IMG/VR virus record: IMGVR_UViG_3300042542_004852
Source: a virus
Reading direction: 5' to 3' (one strand)
Length of the DNA stretch: 64,000 nucleotides
Of this stretch, positions 8,231 to 16,433 are shown one piece after another (within the stretch, counting starts at the first letter, position 1; each line of letters opens with the position of its first letter). Under the pieces are notes generated by a model. It saw only the letters and a list, made by a program, of their open reading frames with translations, had not been told where the DNA came from and made no database searches. A program made the translations under genes and the position numbers.

Positions 8231-8470
8231 ATGAAAAAACAAACACAAGCCATTGATGTGCTGGTCAACCTAGTTGACTGGATGATGACAAACAGCCGCG
8301 AAAACCTCGCGCCTGCTTTTGAAGCCCTGAAACTGGATGCTGACACAATCTTCTCTGCTTTCGACTTTGCTTATGGCGAAGAAGAGGAAGAAGATTCAAG
8401 CGAGCATCTTGTTCCTCGCTCGCAAGTTCGTCAAGAATTGCGTGCAATGGGAGTTGACATTGAAGACTAA
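8231..8470 (+). CDS. Acidic hypothetical early protein
   Basis: Start MKKQTQ, contains an EEEEED tract. Confidence 0.7.
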   Translation: MKKQTQAIDVLVNLVDWMMTNSRENLAPAFEALKLDADTIFSAFDFAYGEEEEEDSSEHLVPRSQVRQELRAMGVDIED

Positions 8471-8489
8471 TCCGCTAGCTTGCATTCCT

Positions 8490-9125
8490 ATGATGACACC
8501 AACACTTGCTAAAGAATTGACTGGCGGGCTTTCCAAGCCTTCTAAAATGCCAGGCTTTGCCTACTCCATCCCCGCGCAAGCGTGCGGGGTTGGTTCACGC
8601 CTTCGCACTGTGCAAGGCTCCATTTGCTCTAAGTGCTACGCTCTAAAGGGGCGTTACGTTTTCAGCAACGTGAAAAATGCCTTGTATCGTCGCCTTGCTT
8701 CCCTTGTGAATCAAGAGTGGGTTGAAGCGATGGCGTTTCAAATCAATCATGCCTCTGTGAATGTTTTCCGCTGGCATGATGCGGGCGATTTGCAATCTCT
8801 CGAACACTTGGAAAAAATCGCGGCAGTTTGCGAGGCTACGCCCGACGTGCGCCACTGGCTACCGACTAGGGAGTATGCTATCGTGACAGAATACAAGGAA
8901 AAGCATGGCGCTTTCCCCGCCAATCTTAACATTAGGCTTTCTGCCTACATGATGGATGGCCCCTTGCCTACTGGCGCTGCTGAACGCCTAGGCGTCACAG
9001 TGTCGGGCGTTACTAGCGACCCTAGTAAAGTTACCTGCCCCGCCTACAAACAAGGCGGCGTGTGCGGCAGTTGCCGCGCCTGCTGGAATAAGAATCAAGA
9101 CGTAGTAATGTATCCTAAACACTAA
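8490..9125 (+). CDS. Phage Gp88-like Cys-rich protein
   Basis: SKMPG...C...CSKCYA...FRWHDAGD...HWLPTRE...CPA...CGSCRACW pattern of the GP88 family. Confidence 0.75.
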   Translation: MMTPTLAKELTGGLSKPSKMPGFAYSIPAQACGVGSRLRTVQGSICSKCYALKGRYVFSNVKNALYRRLASLVNQEWVEAMAFQINHASVNVFRWHDAGDLQSLEHLEKIAAVCEATPDVRHWLPTREYAIVTEYKEKHGAFPANLNIRLSAYMMDGPLPTGAAERLGVTVSGVTSDPSKVTCPAYKQGGVCGSCRACWNKNQDVVMYPKH

Positions 9126-9192
9126 TGGAAATTCTAATTGTTTTTCTTATAGCGATGCTTGCCACGCTGGTCAGATCAAGGTAACTCCTACG

Positions 9193-9219
9193 AGGGGGCG
9201 GGAAACCGCCCTCTTTTTT
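9193..9219 (+). terminator. Intrinsic terminator (GGCGG-GAAA-CCGCC)
   Basis: Hairpin plus T tract, about 10 nt before repeat copy 7. Confidence 0.9.
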
Positions 9220-9229
9220 AGGCTCCATC

Positions 9230-9280
9230 CCTAGGGAATTTACCTAGGCCAGGCCGCCTGGGATAGGTAAAACTCCTATG
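9230..9280. repeat. 51-bp palindromic element, copy 7
   Basis: CCTAGG-GAA-TTTACCTA-N17-TAGGTAAA-ACT-CCTATG. Confidence 0.95.
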
Positions 9281-9457
9281 CCCACATAAGAACATACCCT
9301 AAGCATTCAATTACCGTGCCAACATCGCAAAAACTTTTGTGCAAAAAACTTTGGCCATAATGCAGAAACACGTTGTCTTTTGTTTTTGATGTGTTATCTT
9401 TATGCACGTTCAAAACAGAACGCTTCAACGAACCAAAACCAAAACACGAAAAATACT

Positions 9458-10228
9458 ATGTCACTCCTCATCGCCAAAAACAAAATCTCCTTCGAGCAAC
9501 TCGCCACTGTCGCCACTCCTGAGAAAACCGAATCTTTCCAGCCAATCGGCCACGCCTATCTGGTTGACCAGATGCGCGAGGCAATCGCCCGCGCTGGCTA
9601 CAACGTGAAAGAGGAGGAACACGCGCTCGCCCGCATGGGTCAGCGTTACTTCGGCGGCTTCGTCATTACTGGTAAAAATCTCGACGCAACTGATCGCCAG
9701 CTTGTTCTCGGCTTGCGCAACGCGCACGATAAGAGCTTCGCGGCTTCTGTGTGCATTGGCAACCGAATGATCGTTTGCGAAAACCTTTGTTTCGCCAGTG
9801 ACATTAAACTCGCCCGCAAGCATACCACGAACATCATGCGCGACATTCCCCGCGTTCTCGGCGAGGCTGTGGGTCGCCTTGTCTCTCACTTCACCGACAT
9901 GCAAAACCGCATTGAAAACTACAAGACCTTCGAGCTTGTCGAGGATGAGGCCGCTGGCTTGATCGTTAAACTTGCAGATGCCAAGGCGATTCCTGCCCGC
10001 GAGGTTTACCCCATCATGCAGCAATTCCGCACGCCTAACCATCCTGAGTTCAACGGCCATACGCTGTGGAGTCTCTACAATGGCGTGACAGAATGCCTTA
10101 AGGGCGGCGACTTGAGCAAGCTGCCCGCCCGCACCATGACCATGCAGAGTGTTTTCGATGCTCGCGTAGGTCATCGCCCCATCATCGAAGCGGAGATTGA
10201 CACCGCTGAGCTTGTGATGGAAGCGTAA
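9458..10228 (+). CDS. DUF932-family protein
   Basis: TESFQPIGH...LGLRNAHDKSF...RMIVCENLCF...KHT...TLWSLYNGVTE, a DUF932-like pattern. Confidence 0.75.
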   Translation: MSLLIAKNKISFEQLATVATPEKTESFQPIGHAYLVDQMREAIARAGYNVKEEEHALARMGQRYFGGFVITGKNLDATDRQLVLGLRNAHDKSFAASVCIGNRMIVCENLCFASDIKLARKHTTNIMRDIPRVLGEAVGRLVSHFTDMQNRIENYKTFELVEDEAAGLIVKLADAKAIPAREVYPIMQQFRTPNHPEFNGHTLWSLYNGVTECLKGGDLSKLPARTMTMQSVFDARVGHRPIIEAEIDTAELVMEA

Positions 10229-10241
10229 GCAAAACCTCTAC

Positions 10242-10265
10242 GGGGGGCGGGAAACCGCCCCCTTT
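10242..10265 (+). terminator. Intrinsic terminator (GGCGG-GAAA-CCGCC)
   Basis: Hairpin followed by a short T tract. Confidence 0.85.
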
Positions 10266-10278
10266 CTTATGCCCTACG

Positions 10279-10329
10279 CCTAGGAGTTTTACCTATGCCA
10301 GGCCGCCTGGGCTAGGTAAACTACCTAAG
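10279..10329. repeat. 51-bp palindromic element, copy 8
   Basis: CCTAGG-AGT-TTTACCTA-N17-TAGGTAAA-CTA-CCTAAG. Confidence 0.95.
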
Positions 10330-10525
10330 CAATAAAAAAGAATAAAAAAGATTTGCGGGCTTCTCTTTTTCTGCTATTCTATAGGCCATGAACCAATACG
10401 ACACACCCGCAGAAATAATCCTCATCACAGCAGCTTGGCTAGTGGGCATCATAGCCCTGTTGTCTGTATCAATCATTCTCTGGTATTGATTGACAAAAGA
10501 TAAAAAACACATTAAATTCACCACC

Positions 10526-10816
10526 ATGAACACACTGAAAGAAATCCTTCTGAACGGCGGCTACGTTACTGACGCGGCACACTCTGAACTGAAAAGCATT
10601 TTTCCAAACTTGAACGTCTGCGTCAAGTGGGGCGCTGCCCCTCGCCAATTGACCACGCTTGGCAGTCTGGAATCTGTGCTGGATGCTGGTAAACTTCGCG
10701 GCGACTATGTGCGGGAAGTTTTCGTTCCTGTCAGCGCATTCGACAAGTTGCGCGAGGCTTTCGGCATCACTGACGAAGATCAGCAGGAATACTACAAAAA
10801 CTTTTTGTCAGCTTAA
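10526..10816 (+). CDS. Hypothetical early protein
   Basis: Start MNTLKE after the TTGACA promoter at 10490. Confidence 0.7.
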   Translation: MNTLKEILLNGGYVTDAAHSELKSIFPNLNVCVKWGAAPRQLTTLGSLESVLDAGKLRGDYVREVFVPVSAFDKLREAFGITDEDQQEYYKNFLSA

Positions 10817-10828
10817 CATTGAACCACC

Positions 10829-11188
10829 ATGAAACGAGTAAAAATCTATCGCAATCTTCACAAGCAATGCCTCTCTGTGCTTCACCGCACTGAAAAAGGC
10901 TGGCGGCTTTGGAAACACGTTCCGCGCATTGAAGTTTTTAATGTAGTTTTTAAAGTGTCGCAAGCTGGGCGCGAGCGAGTGCTGAAAGAAAAGCGCAAAA
11001 ATGTTCATGCTTTCATTGAAGGTGACTACGCTGGCGTGACAAATGTGACAAGCTCTAACCTTCGCTTTATTAGATACAATCCCTATGTGGCTGGGCACTT
11101 CTTTGATCAGGATACGAAAAAAGCCGTAAAAGAATCTTCTTGGGCTTTTGTAAACGAAAAAGGCATCATGGCCATAAATGTTCTCTAG
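10829..11188 (+). CDS. Conserved phage hypothetical protein
   Basis: YRNLHK...FKVSQAGRERVLKEKRKNVHAF...YNPY, a pattern I recall from large phages. Confidence 0.75.
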   Translation: MKRVKIYRNLHKQCLSVLHRTEKGWRLWKHVPRIEVFNVVFKVSQAGRERVLKEKRKNVHAFIEGDYAGVTNVTSSNLRFIRYNPYVAGHFFDQDTKKAVKESSWAFVNEKGIMAINVL

Positions 11189-11190
11189 GC

Positions 11191-11219
11191 AAAGGGGGGC
11201 GGGAAACCGCCCCTTTTTT
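11191..11219 (+). terminator. Intrinsic terminator (GGCGG-GAAA-CCGCC)
   Basis: Hairpin plus T6. Confidence 0.9.
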
Positions 11220-11229
11220 ATGCCAATGT

Positions 11230-11280
11230 CCTAGGGAATTTACCTAGGCGAAGCCGCTTGGGATAGGTAAAACATGTAAG
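11230..11280. repeat. 51-bp palindromic element, copy 9
   Basis: CCTAGG-GAA-TTTACCTA-N17-TAGGTAAA-ACA-TGTAAG. Confidence 0.93.
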
Positions 11281-11337
11281 CAATAAAAACAGATAAAAAA
11301 AGAGTTGCGAGGTTCTCTTTTTCTGCTATCTTCTCAC

Positions 11338-11688
11338 ATGGACACGAAAAACATCACCGAACAAATCGAAACCTTCCGCGTTGCCTTGGAAAACATGCTG
11401 CTGGAATATCGCAACGCACGCTTCCCCACGCTGCCAGCGCCCACTGTGGAAATCTCCACTGGCAAACGCTTTGCGCGAATCATTAAAAAAGATGGCGGTC
11501 ATTGGGGCTGTCGGAGCACTGCCAGGACTCATTCCAGAGTTTTCGCTTATGGTTTCATTGATCTAAGCAATGGCGACTTGCTCAAAGCGGCATCATGGAA
11601 AGCGCCAGCCATGCATGCTCGCGGAAACATTTTCAATCAGGACATTCTTTCTGGTTGCGGCCCTTATGGAATGGCGTATCTTAAATAA
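11338..11688 (+). CDS. Conserved phage hypothetical protein
   Basis: GFID..GDLLKAASWKAPAMHARGNIF...YL motif, which I recall from large phages. Confidence 0.75.
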   Translation: MDTKNITEQIETFRVALENMLLEYRNARFPTLPAPTVEISTGKRFARIIKKDGGHWGCRSTARTHSRVFAYGFIDLSNGDLLKAASWKAPAMHARGNIFNQDILSGCGPYGMAYLK

Positions 11689-11693
11689 AAAAG

Positions 11694-11717
11694 AAGCGCG
11701 GGAAACCGCGCTTTTTT
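11694..11717 (+). terminator. Intrinsic terminator (GCGCGG-GAAA-CCGCGC)
   Basis: Hairpin plus T6. Confidence 0.9.
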
Positions 11718-11727
11718 ATGCCCTCTA

Positions 11728-11778
11728 CCTAGGGAATTTACCTATGGCAAGCGGCCTGGGCTAGGTAAAACCCCTACC
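11728..11778. repeat. 51-bp palindromic element, copy 10 (last)
   Basis: CCTAGG-GAA-TTTACCTA-N17-TAGGTAAA-ACC-CCTACC. Confidence 0.95.
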
Positions 11779-11814
11779 CTCACTAAGAAATTCCAGTATG
11801 TTTCCTAGGAGTCT

Positions 11815-11935
11815 TTATTACGCATTTTCTCGTTCACTTATTAGGAGTTTTCTCGTTCACTTATTACGCATTCTCTTATTTGCTATTAAGGCGTTTCGAA
11901 TTCATTATTAGGACGAATCGCATTCACTTATTAGG
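11815..11935. repeat. Degenerate 22-23 bp tandem repeat (YTATTA-anchored)
   Basis: Anchors at 11815, 11838, 11861, 11883, 11905 and 11928. The first two units are near identical. Confidence 0.8.
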
Positions 11936-11938
11936 TGG

Positions 11939-12015
11939 TGGCGCACTCGGTAGGGATCGAACCTACGACCTGAAAATTAGAAATTTCCTGCTCTTGTCCA
12001 CTGAGCTACGAGTGC
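11939..12015 (-). tRNA. tRNA-Arg(UCU)
   Basis: Canonical cloverleaf, anticodon loop TT-TCT-AA, encoded CCA. Confidence 0.93.
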
Positions 12016-12055
12016 ATTTGCCCCTCCTTTCGGAGGGGCGGCTAACGAACCACCA

Positions 12056-12964
12056 TTAACCAATTGTTTCCAAGAGACGCAAGCCTTGACTTGTGATCTG
12101 TCTTGTGCCTTCGATGCGCAGGAGATTCATCTTAAGCAAGTGAAGCTCTGCATCTTTGCGGAGAGCTTGAACGCTAAGGCCAGTGATGGCGCTGAGCATT
12201 GTGAGAGTCAAGGGGCCGCGCTCTTTGAGAGCAGAGAGAATCTGAATCTCTGTATTGGTAAGACCGCGCTTGTTGATGTTGGCTTTGTGGCATAGGCTAG
12301 TCCAATCTTCGGCGGAAAAGTCAGGGCTGTTCTTTCCTTCACAATGCCTTTCAATATCATCAGCACGCTTGACTGCGCTGCGAGCATTGCCGCGAATTGT
12401 CGTGGCGATGTCGTCAAGAACACCAGCGGCGAATTTCACAGCGGGAATGCGCTTCTTGATGATGTCCTTCACTTCGCTGTTGCTATAGGGGGTAAAATCA
12501 ATAACAGTAAGGCGATCTTTGAACGGCGCAAACAAACGATCCATTTCTGTTGTTGCGAACACGAAGTTGATCTTAGAGAAGTCGAAAACGTATTCGACAT
12601 CTTGGTGAGTGTAATGCACCACTGTTTTCTTTTCAGTGTTTAAGATGGAGAGAAAAGCGACGACAAGTTTCTTGGGCAGTTCATGAGCTTCATCCAAGAA
12701 TATCATGCACTCTGTATCTTGAATCTGCGGCATCATCTGCTCGAAGAATTGTTTTTCGTTCTTGATGCTGCTGCTATTGATTTCGTAGAAGCGTTTCTTT
12801 GATGCGGCACCGAGAGCGCGGGCGAATTCAGTTTTGCCAATGCCACGCTGACCGTTGAGCATGATGAATGGAAGAATTCCCGTGTTCTTATAAGCATCAA
12901 GATAAAAGCTGAGTTGACGCTTGATGTGTTCCTGTCCAATGATGTTTTTGAATGCTTGGTTCAT
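12056..12964 (-). CDS. ruvB: RuvB-like AAA+ Holliday junction helicase
   Basis: FKNIIGQEHIK, GQRGIGKT, FLDEAHEL, FATT, FKDR, C-terminal winged helix ending GTRQIT. Confidence 0.8.
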   Translation of the reverse strand: MNQAFKNIIGQEHIKRQLSFYLDAYKNTGILPFIMLNGQRGIGKTEFARALGAASKKRFYEINSSSIKNEKQFFEQMMPQIQDTECMIFLDEAHELPKKLVVAFLSILNTEKKTVVHYTHQDVEYVFDFSKINFVFATTEMDRLFAPFKDRLTVIDFTPYSNSEVKDIIKKRIPAVKFAAGVLDDIATTIRGNARSAVKRADDIERHCEGKNSPDFSAEDWTSLCHKANINKRGLTNTEIQILSALKERGPLTLTMLSAITGLSVQALRKDAELHLLKMNLLRIEGTRQITSQGLRLLETIG

Positions 12965-12993
12965 GGTAGTGGTGGTTCGTTGTTAAGGCTTAT

Positions 12994-13021
12994 ATTATAG
13001 CGGTTTTTTATTCCGCGTCAA
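12994..13021 (-). promoter_or_regulatory. Sigma70-like promoter with 16-bp spacer
   Basis: TTGACG-N16-TATAAT. The same geometry occurs at 13299-13326, 20492-20519, 28646-28673, 30626-30653 and others. Confidence 0.85.
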
Positions 13022-13289
13022 CAAAAATCTCTTCGGGAGGATCAGGAAGAAGTTCCTTGTCGAAGTGCGTCACAGTGAACTGGATCATGGGTTCAACCTC
13101 GCGTTCTTCTGGCGCTGCGGTGACCATGATTGGTGCTGGAGCTTGGATGCTCACGCCGTAATTGCGAAGCCAAATAGAACCAACTGGAACTGCTGTGTCA
13201 GGACCGAACAATTCGTTTAGTTGTTTAAGAGTGATGTTGACAAGGCTTTTTGCGCCTGCTGGACGACCGCGTTTAGGTTGTGTATTCAT
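13008..13289 (-). CDS. Small protein with AT-hook-like KRGRP
   Basis: PKRGRPAG at the N-terminus. Has its own promoter. Confidence 0.65.
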   Translation of the reverse strand: MNTQPKRGRPAGAKSLVNITLKQLNELFGPDTAVPVGSIWLRNYGVSIQAPAPIMVTAAPEEREVEPMIQFTVTHFDKELLPDPPEEIFVDAE

Positions 13290-13328
13290 AAGGTTATTAA
13301 TATAGGGATTTTTTATTCAGTGTCAAGG

Positions 13329-13922
13329 TTATTTTTGCTCCAGAATCCACTCGTCTTCAAGTCTATTGCTTTGCTTCATCCAAATCAACAAATCAATTTG
13401 TGCGATGCTCATGAGGGGGAATTCGCTCTGCGCCAAGTTAAGGAACACTCGCTCAAGAAACAAATACTTTTCTCCTGTTGGAGTAGCGGCTGGGGCATCA
13501 ATACCTTTGCTTCTCATCCATGCCAAGATGTGAATGTCCAGCACAGCACATTCACACTGAGGGCGAGAGTGAAGCAAAAAGAAACGTGCGGTCTTTGGCC
13601 CGCAACCAAACACATTCATCAAGTCTTCCAAAGAAGCAGTCGCGAGGTCAAGATCAAGAGACTGAACAATTGCTTTTGTTAGCCTAGAGTATTGACCAAC
13701 CTTGGCGGCGACCAGTGCGTTGTGAATGCCAGTCTCGCCAAGTTCGCGCAAGTAATCAAAAGGATTTTGTTCGTTAAGCCTTGCCTTGTGCAAGAGACGA
13801 GCCAAGCATCCAGCAGCATAGTCGCTATTCTTTCCTGCTACAAACAAAGAAAAAAGCCAAAACGATTGTAGTTCAGCATTAGTGCGGGAGAAGTTTGTGA
13901 TGTTTTTGGGATCAATGTTCAT
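13329..13922 (-). CDS. HhH-GPD DNA glycosylase-like (8-oxoG/EndoIII family)
   Basis: HhH motif FGCGPKTARFFL plus VLDIHIL with the catalytic Asp. Confidence 0.75.
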   Translation of the reverse strand: MNIDPKNITNFSRTNAELQSFWLFSLFVAGKNSDYAAGCLARLLHKARLNEQNPFDYLRELGETGIHNALVAAKVGQYSRLTKAIVQSLDLDLATASLEDLMNVFGCGPKTARFFLLHSRPQCECAVLDIHILAWMRSKGIDAPAATPTGEKYLFLERVFLNLAQSEFPLMSIAQIDLLIWMKQSNRLEDEWILEQK

Positions 13923-13942
13923 GGCAATAATATAAGGACTTT

Positions 13943-14140
13943 TTATTCAGCGTCAACGGCTTTCTCAAAGTTATTCGCGATAAAGTTGCCATGCTCGTCA
14001 GTGCTAGCAAGAAACAAATCAAAAGCTGCTTCTGCGATTTCATCAACAGTATCAGCGTTCCATTCCTTCTCGCGCTCAAGCAGGCGCAAAACATAAATAG
14101 TAAATAAGCGGCAGCGGTGTTCGTGGAGTTCTTTGTGCAT
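13943..14140 (-). CDS. Small hypothetical protein
   Basis: Leaderless after TTGACA-N16-TATATT. Confidence 0.6.
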   Translation of the reverse strand: MHKELHEHRCRLFTIYVLRLLEREKEWNADTVDEIAEAAFDLFLASTDEHGNFIANNFEKAVDAE

Positions 14141-14741
14141 GGTGATAATATATTGGTTATTTATTCGTTGTCAAGGATTAAGCTGGCTCCCATGAATCAA
14201 TGACATTAACAATAAGACAGTTAATCTCATCCTTGCTCATGCCTTTATCAAGAAGGGGCCAGATGATTTCAATAAGGTCGTTGGTGGTTTCTTCGTTCAT
14301 GGCATCCAATATAATGGAATTTAAACTACTGTCAACATGTTTCGCACTCTTTCTTAAACGCACGAAATATTTCATCTCGTTCTGAGTCAGTGCAGCCGAG
14401 GGATTTTAAATACTTTTTAATGCGCGAAACGGTGCCCAGGTCTTTTAAAACACGAAAAATACTCTTGTGGTAGTTGATCTTATTTGGCGCTGCATCGCTC
14501 ATTTTTTATTTGAACTTAAAGCGTTCATTATTACGAGAAATCGCGTTAGTAAATCTCTTCTGTATAAAACAAAAAAGGAATCAGTGTTGGATAATAAAAC
14601 TCTTCGCTGTATAAGAATTCGCAACTATGCGTGCGACAAAGAGGCTTGTTAGTAAAAAAAACTTTTATAGCTTTGGGGCGAAAAATCCAATGATATTTTG
14701 TTTTCATGTTTTGTTTATTACGAGAAATCGCGTTCATAAAT

Positions 14742-14816
14742 TGGCTCCCAAGTGTGGAGTCGAACCACATTCAACCGTTTATCAGTCGGCCCGCTCAATC
14801 GTGTGCGTTCATGGGA
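14742..14816 (-). tRNA. tRNA-Ile(GAU), atypical
   Basis: Loop CT-GAT-AA, T arm TGTGG-TTCGACT-CCACA, CCA end. Mismatches in the acceptor and anticodon stems, and no GG in the D loop. Confidence 0.7.
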
Positions 14817-14843
14817 TTATTAAGAAAAATCGCATTCGTAAAT

Positions 14844-14919
14844 TGGTTGCAGGGGAGGGATTCGAACCCTCGATCTTTTGATTATGAGCCAAACGACTTA
14901 ACCACTTGTCCACCCTGCT
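14844..14919 (-). tRNA. tRNA-Met(CAU), initiator-like
   Basis: Loop CT-CAT-AA, unpaired 1:72 position (A:A), CCA end. Confidence 0.88.
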
Positions 14920-14962
14920 ATTATTAAGAAAAATCCTGTTCGTAAATTAGATTCGGCGCGTT

Positions 14963-15367
14963 TTAATTGTTCTCTCTGTTTCCGCCGTCCCAAACTATAC
15001 CAAGCTTTCGCCGCTGGTCAACTGAAAAAGTACAGAAAGAATGCAATACACTAGCTGCCCCAAGTTTATATGCATTATTTAATGCGCTAGCCATTAGCAT
15101 TGCCTCGCTCTCAGAAGAAGCAAAAATGTTATGCTCCTCTTCTTTGTCGCTCACTATATATTTGCCGCCTTCTACTTCAAAAATTTTATACTGCTTTTCT
15201 GCAATGTAAGGTGTAAAGGTTTCTTTCTCCTCCTGTTCTTCGATTTTCTCCCACGCTAGGGACCATCCATCACCTCGCTGGTTTTTGCAGCGAGCGCATT
15301 TTTTTTCTTTTGTTACGCGGTGAGTGTATTCTGCGGGCGCTCCGCAGAGCAGTGTGTTGCATCTCAT
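14963..15367 (-). CDS. Hypothetical protein with Cys/Zn-finger-like N-terminus
   Basis: MRCNTLLCGAPA...CARC. Start uncertain. Confidence 0.5.
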   Translation of the reverse strand: MRCNTLLCGAPAEYTHRVTKEKKCARCKNQRGDGWSLAWEKIEEQEEKETFTPYIAEKQYKIFEVEGGKYIVSDKEEEHNIFASSESEAMLMASALNNAYKLGAASVLHSFCTFSVDQRRKLGIVWDGGNRENN

Positions 15368-15537
15368 ATTTGTTTCGTTTGGGTGGGAGTGTCTAGGAAT
15401 TGTTATATTTGCGCGAAAGCTGTTCAAATTTTGTGAAAGCCAAGTGTGTTATTATAAGCGAGAAAAGAAGATAGTCAAGAGGTTTTTTCATTTAACGCGC
15501 TTCATGTCATAAAAGTACCACTGTATTAGCGTTTTTT

Positions 15538-15631
15538 GTGTTTCGCCCTGTGCAAAAGCACACTTTTGGTGTTTCAGCCAGTAAAAAAGCACACTTTTTG
15601 GTGTTTTACCCTGTGCAAAAACACACTTTTG
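15538..15631. repeat. Three tandem 31-32 bp repeats
   Basis: GTGTTTcgCCcTGTgcAAAAgCACACTTTTG three times in a gene-poor T-rich stretch. Confidence 0.85.
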
Positions 15632-16433
15632 GTATTTTTGTGACTTTGCAGCGGGGTTTTAGGGGCATTTTTTAGGGGTTTTTTGGGTGAAAATTGGCAT
15701 TTTTAATACATTTAAATAGCCGCGACAGCTTTTTACCCCTATTTCTCACTATAAACACCCTTTTTCTTCTTGTTTCTTCTCTTATTATTACTATACTCTT
15801 TACTCTCTTTCTTTTGTTTGTTTTTCTCTATTGCTGGGGGTGGTTTGAGTGCCTTGCAATCCAGACGCTCACAATGCCACGTTTGTCATTGATAATCAAT
15901 GATAAAAGCGTTCTTTTTCGCCTCTAAAATCTTGTCCTTTTTCGCCTCTAAATTCAAAGTTTTTTAGCTGCAAATTTTGCGTTGTTTTTTCAACGTTTTT
16001 TGGCTCTAAAACCTCCAAACATTTTTGCAATTCTTGTTCTCTTTCTTGCTTACTAACAAACCAATAAGTTAAAAATTTACAAAGCAGCTTACCTAAGAGT
16101 TTCATTTGTGTTTAGAGTGGTTTAAAATGGCATTAAAATACTATACAATGCGGCGAAAATGTGACAATTCATTAAGAAATCATTACAAATTGCGCGAAAA
16201 TAAGTTTTTGCAGCAATCTGCCCCATTATAAATTGTTTTTTAGAGTAAAATGTTTGTGCTGTTATCTATTCTTTCCAAGATAAACTCTTCTTCTATAGGG
16301 AGTTTTTGAGGTTAGCTGCCCGCCGCCGCAAGAGTCCCCCGAAAATTTCCGAAGGCGTGTGCTCTCTTGCGCTTTTCCACCACTACTTTCTCGTCGGTCA
16401 TTACCAATCCGATTTGGCGAGGTACTTCGGCTA

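Noticed and set aside
2109-11532. Minus-strand ORFs across the early region (e.g. 9461-10174, 3775-4116, 2697-3059)
   Set aside because: These are antisense shadows of plus-strand genes that have promoters, codon bias and terminators.
3706-11778. CRISPR array interpretation of the 51-bp repeats
   Set aside because: The intervals are 0.4-1.3 kb and contain whole genes, the repeat cores vary, and no cas genes are visible.
14528-14947. Mini CRISPR array
   Set aside because: The spacers are tRNA genes or a 160-bp ORF and the repeats are degenerate. It is kept as a separate repeat finding.
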